DNA of 64,000 bases from an uncultured Actinomycetes bacterium. GTDB taxonomy: Bacteria; Actinomycetota; Thermoleophilia; Gaiellales; JAICJC01. Each line of letters opens with the position of its first letter. Position 1 is the first letter of the stretch. The translations under genes were made by a program, and so were the position numbers. The notes under the pieces are model-generated. The model saw only the letters and a list, made by a program, of their open reading frames with translations. It ran no database searches and was not told the DNA's origin. The stretch lies in the NCBI GenBank assembly GCA_963796875.1, contig CAWCNL010000004.1, positions 302,204 to 366,203 on the forward strand, in the 5' to 3' direction. Below, one piece after another: positions 31,250 through 42,643 of the stretch.

Positions 31250-31876
31250 ATGGATCTCTACTACCGACCCGGCGCCGCATCGTTGTCCGCCCACATCATG
31301 CTGCTGGAACTGGGCCTGCCGCACCGGCTGATCGAGGTCACGGGCCGGGGATCTGCGGTGCAGCCGCCCGGCTACCTCGAGCTGAACCCGCACGCGCGGG
31401 TACCCACGCTGGTCGACGGCGACCTGGTCATCTACGAGGCCGCCGCAGTCTCGATGTACCTGGCCGAGACGCATCCCGAGGCGCACCTCTGTCCTGCGCC
31501 GGGCAGCCGCGAGAGAGCCGACTGGTACCGCTGGATGACCTATCTGACGAACACCGTGCAGGCCACACTGATGATCTGGATCTACCCCGAGCGGTTCACC
31601 GACGAGCAGTCGGGCATCGCCGGCGTGAAGCGCCAGGCCGCCACCGACCTCACCGGGATGCGCGACTTTCTGGAGGCATCGCTCGCGGGCCGCGAGCATC
31701 TGCTCTCGGCCTACAGCACCGTCGACATCTACACGATGATGGTCACGCGCTGGGCGCGGCGAATGGACGAGCCGTGGTGGGACATGCCCAACCTCGGTCG
31801 CCACTTCCGATCGGTGCGCGAGCGTCCGGCCGTCAGAGAGGCGTACCGTCGGGAGCAGCTCGACGACGGCCGCTGA
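31250..31876 (+). CDS. Glutathione S-transferase family protein
   Basis: LYY.PGA.S and LNPHARVPTLVDG...YEAAAV. Confidence 0.9.
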   Translation: MDLYYRPGAASLSAHIMLLELGLPHRLIEVTGRGSAVQPPGYLELNPHARVPTLVDGDLVIYEAAAVSMYLAETHPEAHLCPAPGSRERADWYRWMTYLTNTVQATLMIWIYPERFTDEQSGIAGVKRQAATDLTGMRDFLEASLAGREHLLSAYSTVDIYTMMVTRWARRMDEPWWDMPNLGRHFRSVRERPAVREAYRREQLDDGR

Positions 31877-32305
31877 GGCGCCGAGTGCCAGCAGTCCCGC
31901 GCGCAGACCCTCGAGCTGGTCCTCGCTGAGGGCCGCGGCAAGCTCGGCGTCGACCTCCTGCACCGCCTCGCGCACCACATCGGCCGCGGCATAGCCCCGC
32001 GGCGTCAGCTCGATCACGATCCGGCGGCGGTCATCGGGGTCGGCCCGGCGCTCCAGATACCCGCGCAATACGAGCGTGTCGATCAGCTGGCTCGCCGCCT
32101 GTTTGGAGACTCCCAGGTCGCGCGTCAGCCCCGCGATGGCACCGCCGTGGTTCGCGGCCCCGCCGAGCACGTAGGAGCCGTTTCGCGGCACGTCGTCGTA
32201 ACCCGCCAGTGCAAGCTTTTCGCGGATCGCGTCGCCATAGGTCCCCCGCGCGGCACGCAGCAGCGCGGGGATGACCGGGCGGTCGTCGGTGTCTCCCTCC
32301 GGCAT
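31870..32305 (-). CDS. MarR family regulator (3' end uncertain)
   Basis: LGVSKQAASQLIDTLV.RGYLER..DPDDRRR...LTPRG; no stop codon at the expected position, probably because of an indel. Confidence 0.8.
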
Positions 32306-32330
32306 TAGGAGCCAGATTAGCCTGCCCAGT

Positions 32331-32370
32331 TTGACTTGTCAATCAGATTGACGGTCAAGTCAATTGTCAA
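32331..32370. promoter_or_regulatory. Nested TTGAC/GTCAA palindromes, probable MarR operator
   Basis: ttgacttGTCAATCAGATTGACggtcaagtcaattgtcaa upstream of marR. Confidence 0.6.
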
Positions 32371-32407
32371 AAGTTTCTTGGTGCCTGACCCGCCGTTGTC
32401 AGCAGAC

Positions 32408-33637
32408 TCACTCGGCGGGCGCGGGAAGCTCCCGCAGCCGCATCAGGGGCGATGGCAAGAGCCACAACACGCTCAGCGAGCCGCCCACCGTGGCCACCCA
32501 CAGCGTGGGCACGAGCCCGAAGTGCGAGCCCATCAACCCACCCACCAGCGCTCCCAGCGGACGCACGCCGTAGTTGGTCACCGTGTAGGCGCCCGCAACG
32601 CGCGCGCGCAGCCGCGCGGGCACCATGGCGGCGTTGATGGTGCCGGAGGCGATGTCCAGCATCATCACCCCCACGCTGGACAGGAACTCGGCGCCGAAGA
32701 GCAGCGCCAAAACCAGGCCGCGGCCGTGCCCATGGGCGAGCGGCACGAGCATCAGCGGCGCCGGGTAGAGCGCACTTCCCACCACGAACGCCGGCCCGAT
32801 GCCGATCCGCCGCGACACCCGTGCGGTGACCGCAGAGCCGATCAGCCCGCCGGCTGCAGCCATGCCCAGCACCAGGCCGATCGTGCCGCTGCCAAGCCCC
32901 AGCTCGCGCGAGGCGTAGAGCAGGAAGATCGCGTAGAAGACGAACGTGAAGAAGTTCACGGTCGTGGTCGAGGCCAGCGCGAACGCGAGCACCGAGTGGG
33001 TGCGGATGAATCGCACACCCGCCATCAGCTGACCGGGCTGGCGCGGTTCGGCGGGCGGCTCGACCGGGTCGATGCTGCGCAGCAGCACCGCAGAGCCGAG
33101 GTAGGAGATCGCGTCGACCAGGAGCGCCGCAGGCGCACTGACCAGCTGCACCAGCACCCCGCCCAGCCAGGGGCCGGCCACGAACGAGAACGCCCTGCTG
33201 CCGTGGATCAGCGAGTTGGCGGCCAGGAACTTGCTGCGGTCGACGAGCGCCACGAACAGGCTGGAGTCCGAAACGTCGAACAGCAGGCTGAACGTGCCGG
33301 CGGCAAACGCCACCACGTACAGCTGGCCCATGCTCAGAAGGCCGAGCACCGATGCGACCGGGATGCTGACCAGCAGCACCATGCGGGCCAGATCGCAGCC
33401 GATCATCAGCCGCCGGCGGTGGCCGCTACGGTCGGCAAACGCACCGGTGTGAAGCGCGAAGAAGAGGTAGGGCAGCCACACGAGCGCGGTCAGCACACCC
33501 ATCTGGGTGGGGCTCGCGTGCAGCGTGATCACGCCCACCAGCGGCAGCGCGATGCCGTTCACCTGATCGCCCAGCATCGAGATGCTCTGGGCTGTCCAGT
33601 ACCGGCGAAACACCCGCTCGTGCAGCAGCGCGGGCAC
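32408..33637 (-). CDS. MFS transporter
   Basis: G.FADR..RRRLM motif A and about 12 TM segments. Confidence 0.9.
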   Translation of the reverse strand: MPALLHERVFRRYWTAQSISMLGDQVNGIALPLVGVITLHASPTQMGVLTALVWLPYLFFALHTGAFADRSGHRRRLMIGCDLARMVLLVSIPVASVLGLLSMGQLYVVAFAAGTFSLLFDVSDSSLFVALVDRSKFLAANSLIHGSRAFSFVAGPWLGGVLVQLVSAPAALLVDAISYLGSAVLLRSIDPVEPPAEPRQPGQLMAGVRFIRTHSVLAFALASTTTVNFFTFVFYAIFLLYASRELGLGSGTIGLVLGMAAAGGLIGSAVTARVSRRIGIGPAFVVGSALYPAPLMLVPLAHGHGRGLVLALLFGAEFLSSVGVMMLDIASGTINAAMVPARLRARVAGAYTVTNYGVRPLGALVGGLMGSHFGLVPTLWVATVGGSLSVLWLLPSPLMRLRELPAPAE

Positions 33638-33667
33638 GCGCCGTCGGTTAACCCCATCCGCGCAACC

Positions 33668-33982
33668 CTACCGGAGCGCTGCCACGCGACCCGCGACCGT
33701 GAGACCGGCCCCGTATCCGGTGGCGGCGATCACCGCGTCGGGGCGCAGCGCGGTGCCGTCGGCCAGCAGCACCCGGTCGCCGTCCATCCCGTGCACGGCG
33801 GCCACGGCCCGGACATGGCGGCGGACATCCCCCACCTCCACGCCGGTGCGCACCTCGCAGCGGCAGGCGCCGGCATAGCGCGCGAGGTAGGCGGCAAACT
33901 CGTCGCGGCTCACCCAACGGCCCGCCGACCCGGCGCCGACGATCACGCAGTCCAGCCCCTGCCGCCCTAACGGTGCAGCCAC
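33668..33982 (-). pseudogene. Remnant of a flavin-containing monooxygenase gene
   Basis: IVGAGSAG, SRDEFAAYL..YA and DAVIAATGY motifs collapsed into 104 aa. Confidence 0.55.
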
Positions 33983-34843
33983 GCGACGAGATCGTCCGGG
34001 GCCAACGCGCGCGCCCTCTGCATGTAGGAGTCGAACTCGGCGGACGTCAGCACCTCGGCGCCCGCCCCTGAACCACCGCGGCGAAAGAACTCCTGCGCGA
34101 TTCTGACCACACCGTGGCGCTCGGGCATCAGTTCGGCCGCGCGGTCACGCATACTGCCGAACCGGGCCGCATCCACCAGCTGCGGCCAGACGGCCTCGTC
34201 CACGCCGATCCCCAGTCGACCGGCCAGCCGGCGCATCTGGCCGTCCAGGTCGCGCTCGAGGTCGGAGTAGTGCAGCAACACGATGTTGGGTTGGTCGCGG
34301 CGGCCCCACGCATCCCCCACGTGCCACATCACCCCGGGCAGCGAATCCATCTGCTCCATTGGTGCGACCGTGCTCCGCGTCCAGGCCGCCAGCCACTCAT
34401 GCAGCTCGGGCCGTGCGGCGCTGCGATCCGCGATCGATGGATTTCCGGTCAGCTCGCGCAGCCGAGCCCGGTCGATGTTGGCCGAGTGGTGATAGAGCGA
34501 CACGGCCATGTCCAGCGGATGCCTGGCGGTCATGCACATAGGTCGCGCGCGGGTCGATCGGCACGCCGTCAAACGGCGTGTGGGTCTTGATGAACCGGCG
34601 GTGCTGCTGGGCGGCCAGCTGCGCGAATACCTGGTCGCGCGGCACCACCGGCATGTCGAGCCACGGCGAGAGCTCGCCCAGCGGCGCCGGCAGGTCGGGC
34701 GTCTGGAAGATCAGAAGCGCGCAGATCATCTGCGTCCAGGTGGTACCCGAGCGCGACCGCGTCGAGATCACGATGTCGCCGTCGCGGAAGGGAAAGCCCT
34801 CCCAGCGGGCGCTGTCCTCGTCGTGGGCGCGGTACCGCCTCAC
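33967..34843 (-). CDS. Sulfotransferase domain protein (frameshifted)
   Basis: RSGTTWTQ PAPS-binding loop, RFIKTHTP, R.PLD.AVS and FFRRG..G. Confidence 0.88.
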
Positions 34844-35145
34844 CGTTCGGCGGGCGGCACGTCGCGCAGCCGCGCAACCAGTGCCGCGATGTCAGCGCGG
34901 CTGTAGCCCAGTGACCGGCGGCGGGTGCCGGGCGGGTCGTGCTCGAGGCCGGTACCCTCGCGCCAGGCGTTGGCCGGGCGGACGGGCCGTGGTACGAACC
35001 CCCCGCCACAATTCGGACAGACATTGTGCAGCACCGTCTCGGCGCATGTGGGGCAAAACGTGCACTCGTAGCTGCAGATGCGCGCGTCGTCACGCGGGCC
35101 CAGGTCGCGGTCGCAGTACTCGCAGTTGGGGCGCAGCTCGAGCAT
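34840..35145 (-). CDS. DUF1272 family protein
   Basis: MLELRPNCEYCDRDL, ICSYECTFC and CPNCGGG.VPRP. Confidence 0.9.
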   Translation of the reverse strand: MLELRPNCEYCDRDLGPRDDARICSYECTFCPTCAETVLHNVCPNCGGGFVPRPVRPANAWREGTGLEHDPPGTRRRSLGYSRADIAALVARLRDVPPAER

Positions 35146-35246
35146 CGATACCCACCATATCGCGCCGCGTTCCTGCACTGGACCCAGCACAAGATCCCCC
35201 TTCCAGGTCAATAAAGTATTTGTTAGGAACGTCCGATACAGAACAC

Positions 35247-36539
35247 GTGACCCCGGAATGCTCCCCCTCGGTGGCCACGCCTGCACGCTCCCAGGCTGGC
35301 CAAACGCTGCCCCTTGTGGCGACCATGATGCTGCTCCTGCTGCTGTTTGCAGGCGCCGTGATCGACATCGGTAACGCCTATCGGGTCAAGGACGCACTTC
35401 AGGCATCGGCCGACGCCGCCGCCGCAGCCGGCGCGGGCAACCTGACCGCGACGTATCCGTCGAACGCAGCCAACGCCGTGGCCGCCGCCAAGACGTTCAC
35501 GTCGGCCACGGGCGGGCGGAACAGCATCAACGGTGTACCGGCCGCAAACGTCAGCCAGTCGGTCACCACGAGCTGTGTGCAGACCAACACGAACGTGCCC
35601 TGCACCACCGCCAACACGGTGACCGTTAGCGAGACGGCCAACGTGCCCACCTATTTCCTCAGCCTGATGGGCGTGAACACGCTCCAGATCACGTCGCAGG
35701 CCTCGGCGTGTTCGCCGTGCAATGAGCTGCCGCTCGACATCGAACTCGTCATCGACCGCACCGGATCGATGTCCAGCAACAACAAGATGACCAACTTGCA
35801 GAGCACTCTCACGCAGGGATTCCTGCCCGGCCTGGATGCCACCAACGACAGCGTCGGGCTGACCGTGTTCCCACCCGACACCAACGGCACGCGCGACGTC
35901 TGCAACTCGCAGAGCAGCAGCTCGTACGACGCGACGAACCCGACCTACTCGGTGGTGCCGCTCTCCAGCGACTACCAGTCCTCGTCGGGCGTCTTGAACA
36001 ACAACTCGACGCTGGTCAGGGATATCAACTGCCTGCAGCCCGGCGGCGGCACCGCCTATGCGGATGCTCTGGAGGCGGCCTACGCGCAGCTCCAGACAAA
36101 CGGCCGGGCGGGCGTGCAGAAGGTGATCGTGCTGCTCTCAGACGGCGCCGCCAACGAGGGCCCGAACTGTGCCGACGTGGTCACCACCACCGGTTCGGGC
36201 CGGCATCAGACGACCACCACCACCAAGGATCAGGATCCCAAGTGCCTGACCCCGTGCCACGCGGCCATCAGCGACGCGACGACCTACAAGAACTCCAAGG
36301 TGCTGGTGTACACGATCCTCTACGGCGACCAGAGCGACGCGCCGTACTGCCTGGACTACGACCAGGACAAAGAGGTGCCGAACATCACGCCGCAGAGCGC
36401 GATGCAGCAGATCGCGGGCACCAATGCAGTGACCGGCCAGCTCGACTACTGGGCCGACCCGGATCCGGCCGACCTGAACGGCGTGTTCCAGGAGATCTCC
36501 GCCGACATGGCCGCAGGCACCAGCCGCATCACCAGCTAG
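35247..36539 (+). CDS. TadG-like minor pilin/adhesin with VWA domain
   Basis: GQ followed by a hydrophobic prepilin-like helix, LQASADAAA.AGA, and MIDAS elements DRTGSMS, GGT and LLSDG. Confidence 0.85.
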   Translation: MTPECSPSVATPARSQAGQTLPLVATMMLLLLLFAGAVIDIGNAYRVKDALQASADAAAAAGAGNLTATYPSNAANAVAAAKTFTSATGGRNSINGVPAANVSQSVTTSCVQTNTNVPCTTANTVTVSETANVPTYFLSLMGVNTLQITSQASACSPCNELPLDIELVIDRTGSMSSNNKMTNLQSTLTQGFLPGLDATNDSVGLTVFPPDTNGTRDVCNSQSSSSYDATNPTYSVVPLSSDYQSSSGVLNNNSTLVRDINCLQPGGGTAYADALEAAYAQLQTNGRAGVQKVIVLLSDGAANEGPNCADVVTTTGSGRHQTTTTTKDQDPKCLTPCHAAISDATTYKNSKVLVYTILYGDQSDAPYCLDYDQDKEVPNITPQSAMQQIAGTNAVTGQLDYWADPDPADLNGVFQEISADMAAGTSRITS

Positions 36540-36647
36540 TCCCTCGCGGATCTGCCGAAAAGGGGGTCGCGGAGACTCTCGTGGCAACCGATACCAATGG
36601 TGACCCCCGTGGGCGGGGGTGGATGCCAACCATTGAGGGGGTACTGA

Positions 36648-37493
36648 GTGAGATCACGAACTCGTGTGGTCCTGGGAGCCACGCTCGCCGCGGCCGTTGC
36701 CGTGGCAGCGGGCCCGGGTGTGGCGGGCGCGGCGGTGCCGGGCGCGGGACTGACCTTCGCACCGTCGACGCACAGCTGGTTTGCGTACGGCACGGTGAAT
36801 GTCGGAAGCTCGGCGTCCCAGGTGTTCACGCTGACGCAGAACGGTGTCGGTTCGTCGAACAAGCTCTCGATCGGCCTGCGGGGATCGCGGGCGTTTGCGA
36901 TCACGGCTGACACCTGCACGGGAGCGACCCTGCAGCGCGGTCAGACGTGCCAGGTGACGGTGGGCTACACGCCGCGCACGACCGGTCGCGGTGACCGCGC
37001 ATTGCTGACCGTGTCGACCCAGCGATGGTTCTGGTGGCACGGATGGCATGCGTGGAACAGCATGTCGCGGCCGTTGTTTCTGACCGGCCAGGGAGGCGGT
37101 CAAGTATCAGGCTCAGGTGGAGGTCTAGGTTCGTCCGGCCCCGCCGCCCTGACGCTCGCACCGGGGACGGCGACGAGCGCCGGAGTATGGAGCTACGACT
37201 TCGGCCAGAGCAGGACGGCCGGAACGGTGTTCACGGTAGCGAACACCGGCGGTACGGCCACCCTGCCGCTGACTCTCGCGGGATTCAGCGACGGCGGCGG
37301 GTTCACCATCTCGAACGATCTGTGCAGCGGTGTGGCGCTCGGCGCCGGACAGAGCTGCACGTTCACCGAGTCGTGGTCGGCGAACAGCGATCCGATCTGC
37401 GACGGAATCGGCACACCCGATTCGACCACCGCCACGGTGACCGACGCGAACCAGGCCTATATCGAGGCCGACCTGTCCGCGACCTGCGGATAG
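36648..37493 (+). CDS. Secreted protein with two Ig-like (choice-of-anchor D-like) domains
   Basis: Signal peptide; repeated F.I..D.C.G..L..GQ.C. Confidence 0.65.
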   Translation: MRSRTRVVLGATLAAAVAVAAGPGVAGAAVPGAGLTFAPSTHSWFAYGTVNVGSSASQVFTLTQNGVGSSNKLSIGLRGSRAFAITADTCTGATLQRGQTCQVTVGYTPRTTGRGDRALLTVSTQRWFWWHGWHAWNSMSRPLFLTGQGGGQVSGSGGGLGSSGPAALTLAPGTATSAGVWSYDFGQSRTAGTVFTVANTGGTATLPLTLAGFSDGGGFTISNDLCSGVALGAGQSCTFTESWSANSDPICDGIGTPDSTTATVTDANQAYIEADLSATCG

Positions 37494-37519
37494 GAGGACA
37501 TCCGAATGGGTCGCGCGCC

Positions 37520-38311
37520 TCACCGGCGCGCGGCCCGAACGGTCCCGAGCACCGAGCCCAGGAACGCCTTTGTGCGCTCCTCACGCGGTGAGCTGATCAC
37601 CTCGCGCGGGGTTCCGTACTCCACCACCTGGCCTTCGTCCATGAACACCAGCGAGTCGCCCGCCTCGCGCGCAAAGCCCATCTCGTGGGTGACGACGATC
37701 ATCGTCATGCCGTCGGCCGCGAGCGACCGCATCACGTCGAGCACCTCGCCCACCAACTCGGGGTCAAGCGCCGAGGTGGGCTCGTCGAACAGCATCAACT
37801 TGGGCCGCATGGCAAGCGCCCGGGCGATCGCCACCCGCTGCTGCTGGCCGCCCGAGAGCTGAGCCGGGTAGGCGGACTCCTTGTCGGAGAGGCCCACGCG
37901 CGCCAGAAGCTCGGCGGCACGCTGCCGCACCTCGGACTTCGGCTCCCTCTTGACCTGCACCGGCCCCTCCATCACGTTCTGGATGGCGGTCATGTGCGGG
38001 AACAGGTTGAACCGCTGGAACACCATGCCGATCTCGCGCCGCTTGCGGGCGATCACGTGCTCGTGCAGCTCCTGCAGCCGGTCGCCCTTCTGGCGGTAGC
38101 CGATCAGCTCGCCGTCGACCCACAGCCGGCCCGCACCGATGCTCTCCAGGTGGTTGATGCAGCGCAGAAATGTCGACTTGCCCGAGCCGGACGGGCCGAT
38201 GATGCAGCACACCTCGCGCGGCGCGACCTCCAGGTCGATGCCCTGCAGCACGTGCAGCGGGCCAAACCACTTGTGCACGCCCTCCGATTTGACCATCGGC
38301 TCGTCGCTCAT
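37520..38311 (-). CDS. Polar amino acid ABC transporter ATP-binding protein
   Basis: [27 protein letters not shown] and VTHEM. Confidence 0.95.
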   Translation of the reverse strand: MSDEPMVKSEGVHKWFGPLHVLQGIDLEVAPREVCCIIGPSGSGKSTFLRCINHLESIGAGRLWVDGELIGYRQKGDRLQELHEHVIARKRREIGMVFQRFNLFPHMTAIQNVMEGPVQVKREPKSEVRQRAAELLARVGLSDKESAYPAQLSGGQQQRVAIARALAMRPKLMLFDEPTSALDPELVGEVLDVMRSLAADGMTMIVVTHEMGFAREAGDSLVFMDEGQVVEYGTPREVISSPREERTKAFLGSVLGTVRAARR

Positions 38312-39234
38312 TGACCGTGTCTCAGCCGCTGGAAGATCGTCGGCGGCAGACTGCGGGACGATCCGCGCGCGTAGTGTCGCTCGATGTAGTACTGGAACAC
38401 GTAGAGCACCGAGGTCATCACCAGGTACCAGATGCTCGCCACGATCAGCAGCGGGATGGTCTGATACGTGCGTGCGTAGATGTTCGACACGGCATAGGTC
38501 AACTCACCCAGTGCCACGACGTAGGCAAGAGACGTGTTCTTCAGCATCGAGATGGTCTCGTTGCCCGTCGGCGGGATGATCACCCGCATGGCCTGGGGCA
38601 GCACAACCCGTCGCATCACCTGCAGCCGGCTCATGCCCAGCGCCGATGCGGCCTCGTTCTGGCCCTCGTCCACCGACAGGATGCCCGCCCGCACGATCTC
38701 GGCCATGTACGCGCCCTCGTTCAGGCTCAGCGCGAGGAGCACTGCGGTCATCGTGGGCACGAGGGTGTTGGTGGACTCACTCCAAAGCGATGTGCCGCCG
38801 AACGGGATGCTGATCGACACGTCGGGGTAGAGCGCCGCGGCGAACCCCCAGAACAGGATCTGCACCAGGAGCGGCGTGCCGCGGAAGAACCAGATGTAGA
38901 ACCATGAAACACTCGACATGACCGGGTTGCCGGACAGCCGCATCACGGCCACCACGATCCCCAGCAGCACGCCCACCAGCATGCTGATGATGGTCAGCTC
39001 GATGGTCACCCGCACGCCAGAGAGCACCGACGAGTCGAACAGGTACTGGCGCACCACCGACCATTGGAACCGCGAGTTATTGGCCGCGCTCCACAGGAAG
39101 TCGGCCGTCAGGAAGATGACGACGGCAGCGGCGATCCAGCGCCCGGGATGGCGCGCTGGAATCGCCTTGATCCGTTCCGGAGGAACTGCGCCTCCGGGCT
39201 CTGTCGGTGCCGCCGCCGTCGTTATCTCGTCCGA
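38308..39234 (-). CDS. Polar amino acid ABC transporter permease (frameshift near 39060; start approximate)
   Basis: [27 protein letters not shown] and LKNTSL. Confidence 0.9.
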   Translation of the reverse strand, partial: SDEITTAAAPTEPGGAVPPERIKAIPARHPGRWIAAAVVIFLTADFLWSAANNSRFQWSVVRQYLFDSSVLSGVRVTIELTIISMLVGVLLGIVVAVMRLSGNPVMSSVSWFYIWFFRGTPLLVQILFWGFAAALYPDVSISIPFGGTSLWSESTNTLVPTMTAVLLALSLNEGAYMAEIVRAGILSVDEGQNEAASALGMSRLQVMRRVVLPQAMRVIIPPTGNETISMLKNTSLAYVVALGELTYAVSNIYARTYQTIPLLIVASIWYLVMTSVLYVFQYYIERHYARGSSRSLPPTIFQRLRHGQ

Positions 39235-40167
39235 TTAGCTGGTGGCCTGGTTGATGCCGGGGTTGCTGATCGCGCCCTCCGACAGATCCCACTTGGCCAG
39301 GATCTTGGCGTACGCCCCGTCGGCGATCAGCTTCTTGACCGCGGCGAGTACCGGCTTGCTCAGCCCCGAACCCTTCGGGACCGCGATGCCGTACGGCGCC
39401 GTGCCATAGGGCTGGCCGGCAACCTTGAACTGACCGTTTGACTGCTGGGCGATGTACGCGGCCACCGGCGAGTCGGCCATGCCCACGTCGGCCTTGCCCG
39501 ACGACAGCGCCAGGTTGGCGGCGTTCTGCGTGGGATAGGTCTGCAGCGCCACGGCGGACTTGCCCGAGTTCGTGCACTTCTTGCTCTGCGCCTCGGCGTC
39601 GGTCTGCTCGGTGGTACCCGTCTCGACCGCCACCTTCTGGCCGCAGAGGTCAGCCAGGGACTGGATGTTCGGCCCGCCGGACGCCTTGGTATAGAACGAG
39701 GTGCCGGCGCTGTAATAGGTCACGAAATCGACGGTCTGCTGGCGCTCGAGCGTGTCGGTGAACGACGACATTCCAAGGCCGTACTTGTCTGCGGCGAGGC
39801 CCGGGATGATGGCGTCGAACGTGACATTCTTGAAATTCATGGGCACGCCCATGATCGTGCCGATGGCCTTGCCGAGGTCGACGTCGGCACCGATGACGGT
39901 CGAACCGTCAGTGTCGATGTACTCCATCGGCGCATAGCTCGCGTCAGACGCGACCTCGATGCCGCCCTGATACTTGGACGGCACCATCGCGGCGATGCTC
40001 GGATCCTTGGTGGCGCCGAACGTCGCGTCGCCGGTGCCACCCGCGCTGGACGGCGTGGTGCTGGACGAGCTGGTCGAACTGGAGCTGGAACCGCACCCGG
40101 CGAGCGCGACCGCGAGCACCGCTGCTGCCACGGTAAGCACCGCCAGGCGTAGGAAACGATCTGACAC
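39235..40167 (-). CDS. Polar amino acid ABC substrate-binding lipoprotein
   Basis: Lipobox LAGC, YAPMEY, FDAIIPGL and YGIAVPK. Confidence 0.92.
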   Translation of the reverse strand: MSDRFLRLAVLTVAAAVLAVALAGCGSSSSSTSSSSTTPSSAGGTGDATFGATKDPSIAAMVPSKYQGGIEVASDASYAPMEYIDTDGSTVIGADVDLGKAIGTIMGVPMNFKNVTFDAIIPGLAADKYGLGMSSFTDTLERQQTVDFVTYYSAGTSFYTKASGGPNIQSLADLCGQKVAVETGTTEQTDAEAQSKKCTNSGKSAVALQTYPTQNAANLALSSGKADVGMADSPVAAYIAQQSNGQFKVAGQPYGTAPYGIAVPKGSGLSKPVLAAVKKLIADGAYAKILAKWDLSEGAISNPGINQATS

Positions 40168-40257
40168 GAAGAATGCCTCCTCGAACTGTATGAAACGCGG
40201 AACTACGAAGAACGGCAGATGTTACACGACGGTGAATTACAGCCGCCGTGACGCAGC

Positions 40258-42500
40258 TCAGGAAGCCGGAGCGTCCGCCAGTCCGCCGGAACCGGCGGGC
40301 GCGTCTGACTCAGCATGGTCGCCGGGCGCCTCGATCGTCACCCGCGGCAGCACCTTGCCCAGCCAACCGGGCATGTACCACGACCGCTCCTTGAGCAGCG
40401 TGAGCAGCGCCGGCACGAACGTCATCCGCATCAGCAGCGCGTCGCAGAGGATCGCCACGCCCAGCAGCAGCCCGAATTCCTTCGACACGCGGTCGGGGCT
40501 GAGCAGGAAAGAGAAGAACACCGACGACATGATCAGCGCCGCGGCCACGATTACCCGGCCCACACCCGAGACACCATCGCGCACAGCCGTCACGGTGTCG
40601 GCTCCAGCCACGTGCTCCTCGCGGATGCGGCTCATCAAGAAGACCTCGTAGTCCATCGAGAGGCCGAACAGGATTGCGAAGGCGATCGGCGGGACGAAGC
40701 TCTCGATCGGCCCAGTCTTGTCGAGGCCGATGAAGCTCATGCCGTGCCCCATCTGCACGATCCAGGTGATGGCGCCGAACCCAACCAGCGCCGAAACGAG
40801 GGTCGTGAGCGCGGCCTTCAACGCGATCACCGCCGAGCGGAAGGCCATCGCCAGCACCAGGAACGTGATGCCGATGATGAGAGCAGGAACCACGGTGTGC
40901 GCGAGAAGATCTGGTTGCCGATGTCGGTGAACGCGGCGTTGGTACCCGAGACGTAGGCCTTCGCCGGCGTGCCCTCGAGGGTTGTGGGGATCACGTTGTG
41001 ACGCAGGTCAGAGACGATGTTGTCGGTGCGCTGGTCCTGCGGCGCGTAGGCCGAATAGGTGTTGATGATGGCCACTGATGCCTGCGACGGATCCTGCGCG
41101 TGTAGACGGGCGGCACCACCGACACGATGCCCGGCGTCTTCTTCAGGGCCGCCTCGAGGTTGGTGGCAGCGTTGGGATCGCCGTTCAGCGCGATCACGAT
41201 GGGGATCGGCTCGGTGAATCCCGGGCCGAAGCCCTGGCTGAGCAGGTCGTAGGCCTTGCGGGTGGTCTGATCCTTCGGCGCGGTGCCGGAATCGGCCAGA
41301 CCCAACCGCGCGTTCAGCACCGGTGCGGCCAGGAGCAGCAGCACGATGCTCACGATCGGCAGCACGATCTTGGCGTTGCCGGTAACCATCCGCCCCCACG
41401 CGGCGACCAGCGTCTTGGACTGGCCTTCACGAGACTCGTCGACGGGCTTCATGCCCAGCCGGCCGCGATCGATCTTGTGGCCCAGCAGCGCGAGTACTGC
41501 GGGCAGCGCAACGGCCAGGAGCACCGCCGTCAGCACGCCGAGCGCGCTACCGATGCCGAGCTTGGTGATGAAGTCCAGGCCGATCAGCGCGAGGCCGGTG
41601 ATCGAGATGGCCACGGTCACGCCAGCGAAGATCACCGCGCGCCCGGCGGTCGCGCCTGCGGCCGCGGCTGCATCGCGCGGGTCCAGTCCGTCGTGAAGGA
41701 ACTGGCGAAGCGGGTGACGATGAACAGGGTGTAGTCGATGCCCACACCAAGGCCGATCATCGGCACCAGGATCTCGGTGATGGTGTTGAAGTGGGAATCG
41801 CGCGGCCAGGAACAACAGCAGGAACGCGCAGATGACCGCCACGATGGCGAAGATGAGCGGGATCACCGCCGGCACCAGCGCACGGAACAGGATCATCAGG
41901 ATGATGAACCCGGCGATGATGCCGATGATGTCGCTGATGCCCTGCTGGGGCGGCGCGCTCTCGGCTCACCGGTGAACTCGACCTGCACCCCGGCGGGTGC
42001 TCCGGTCGCGCGAAACTGATCCTCGAGAGCGACGATCTGGGCAACTGGAGACTCCAACCCGGTCTGGTCGAACTGGACGTCGAAGAAGCCGATCTGCTCG
42101 TTCTTCGAGAGAAACTGACGGGCGCTCGGGTCGAGCGGGTTGGTGATCGGCCGCGCGTCACCGGCGTGGGTATCGATCGTCTTCTGACCCGCCGCCGACT
42201 GCTGGAGCATCTTCTCGATGGCCGCCTTGCGCTCCGGCGTATTCAGCGACTCGCCGTCGGGCGCCGCGACCACCACCCGCAGCGCGGCGCCGCGCTCACC
42301 ACCGAACTTGGCGTTGATCAGATCGGTCGCTTTCTGCGTATCCGACCCGGGAATCTTGAAGTCGTTGACGAGCTTTCCGTGGAACGCAGTGTTCAGGCCG
42401 ATGAGGACGACGACGATCCCGAGCCAGGCGAGGACCACGCGCCAGGGGTGATGGGCGCAATGCCCCGCCCATCGTGCGAGCGCACCCGTGTGGGCGATGT
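40258..42500 (-). CDS. MMPL family transporter (multiple frameshifts; start approximate)
   Basis: VVLAW, F.IPGSD.Q, TAGRAVIFAG.TV, AYDLL..GFGPG, LFGLSMDYEVFL.SRIRE and WY.P.WL. Confidence 0.88.
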
Positions 42501-42643
42501 TCCTCTCGTTATCGAGCCTTTGTGCGTCTGGCTCCGCGTCCACGGCTGCCCTCCGATTCGACGTGAGGGGGTACCGTAGCGGCATCGTTAGCCGATCGCG
42601 AACGTGAACGACCGGTGACCGACGCTTCGCGTATCGTGGTGGT

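Noticed and set aside
30398-32305. Apparent MarR-MFS fusion spanning the antisense GST gene
   Set aside because: The middle is the stop-free antisense of a high-GC gene; a missing marR stop from an indel is the simpler explanation.
34578-35246. Long N-terminal extension of the Tad/VWA ORF
   Set aside because: Antisense to the sulfotransferase and DUF1272 genes; the prepilin-like motif indicates a start near 35247.
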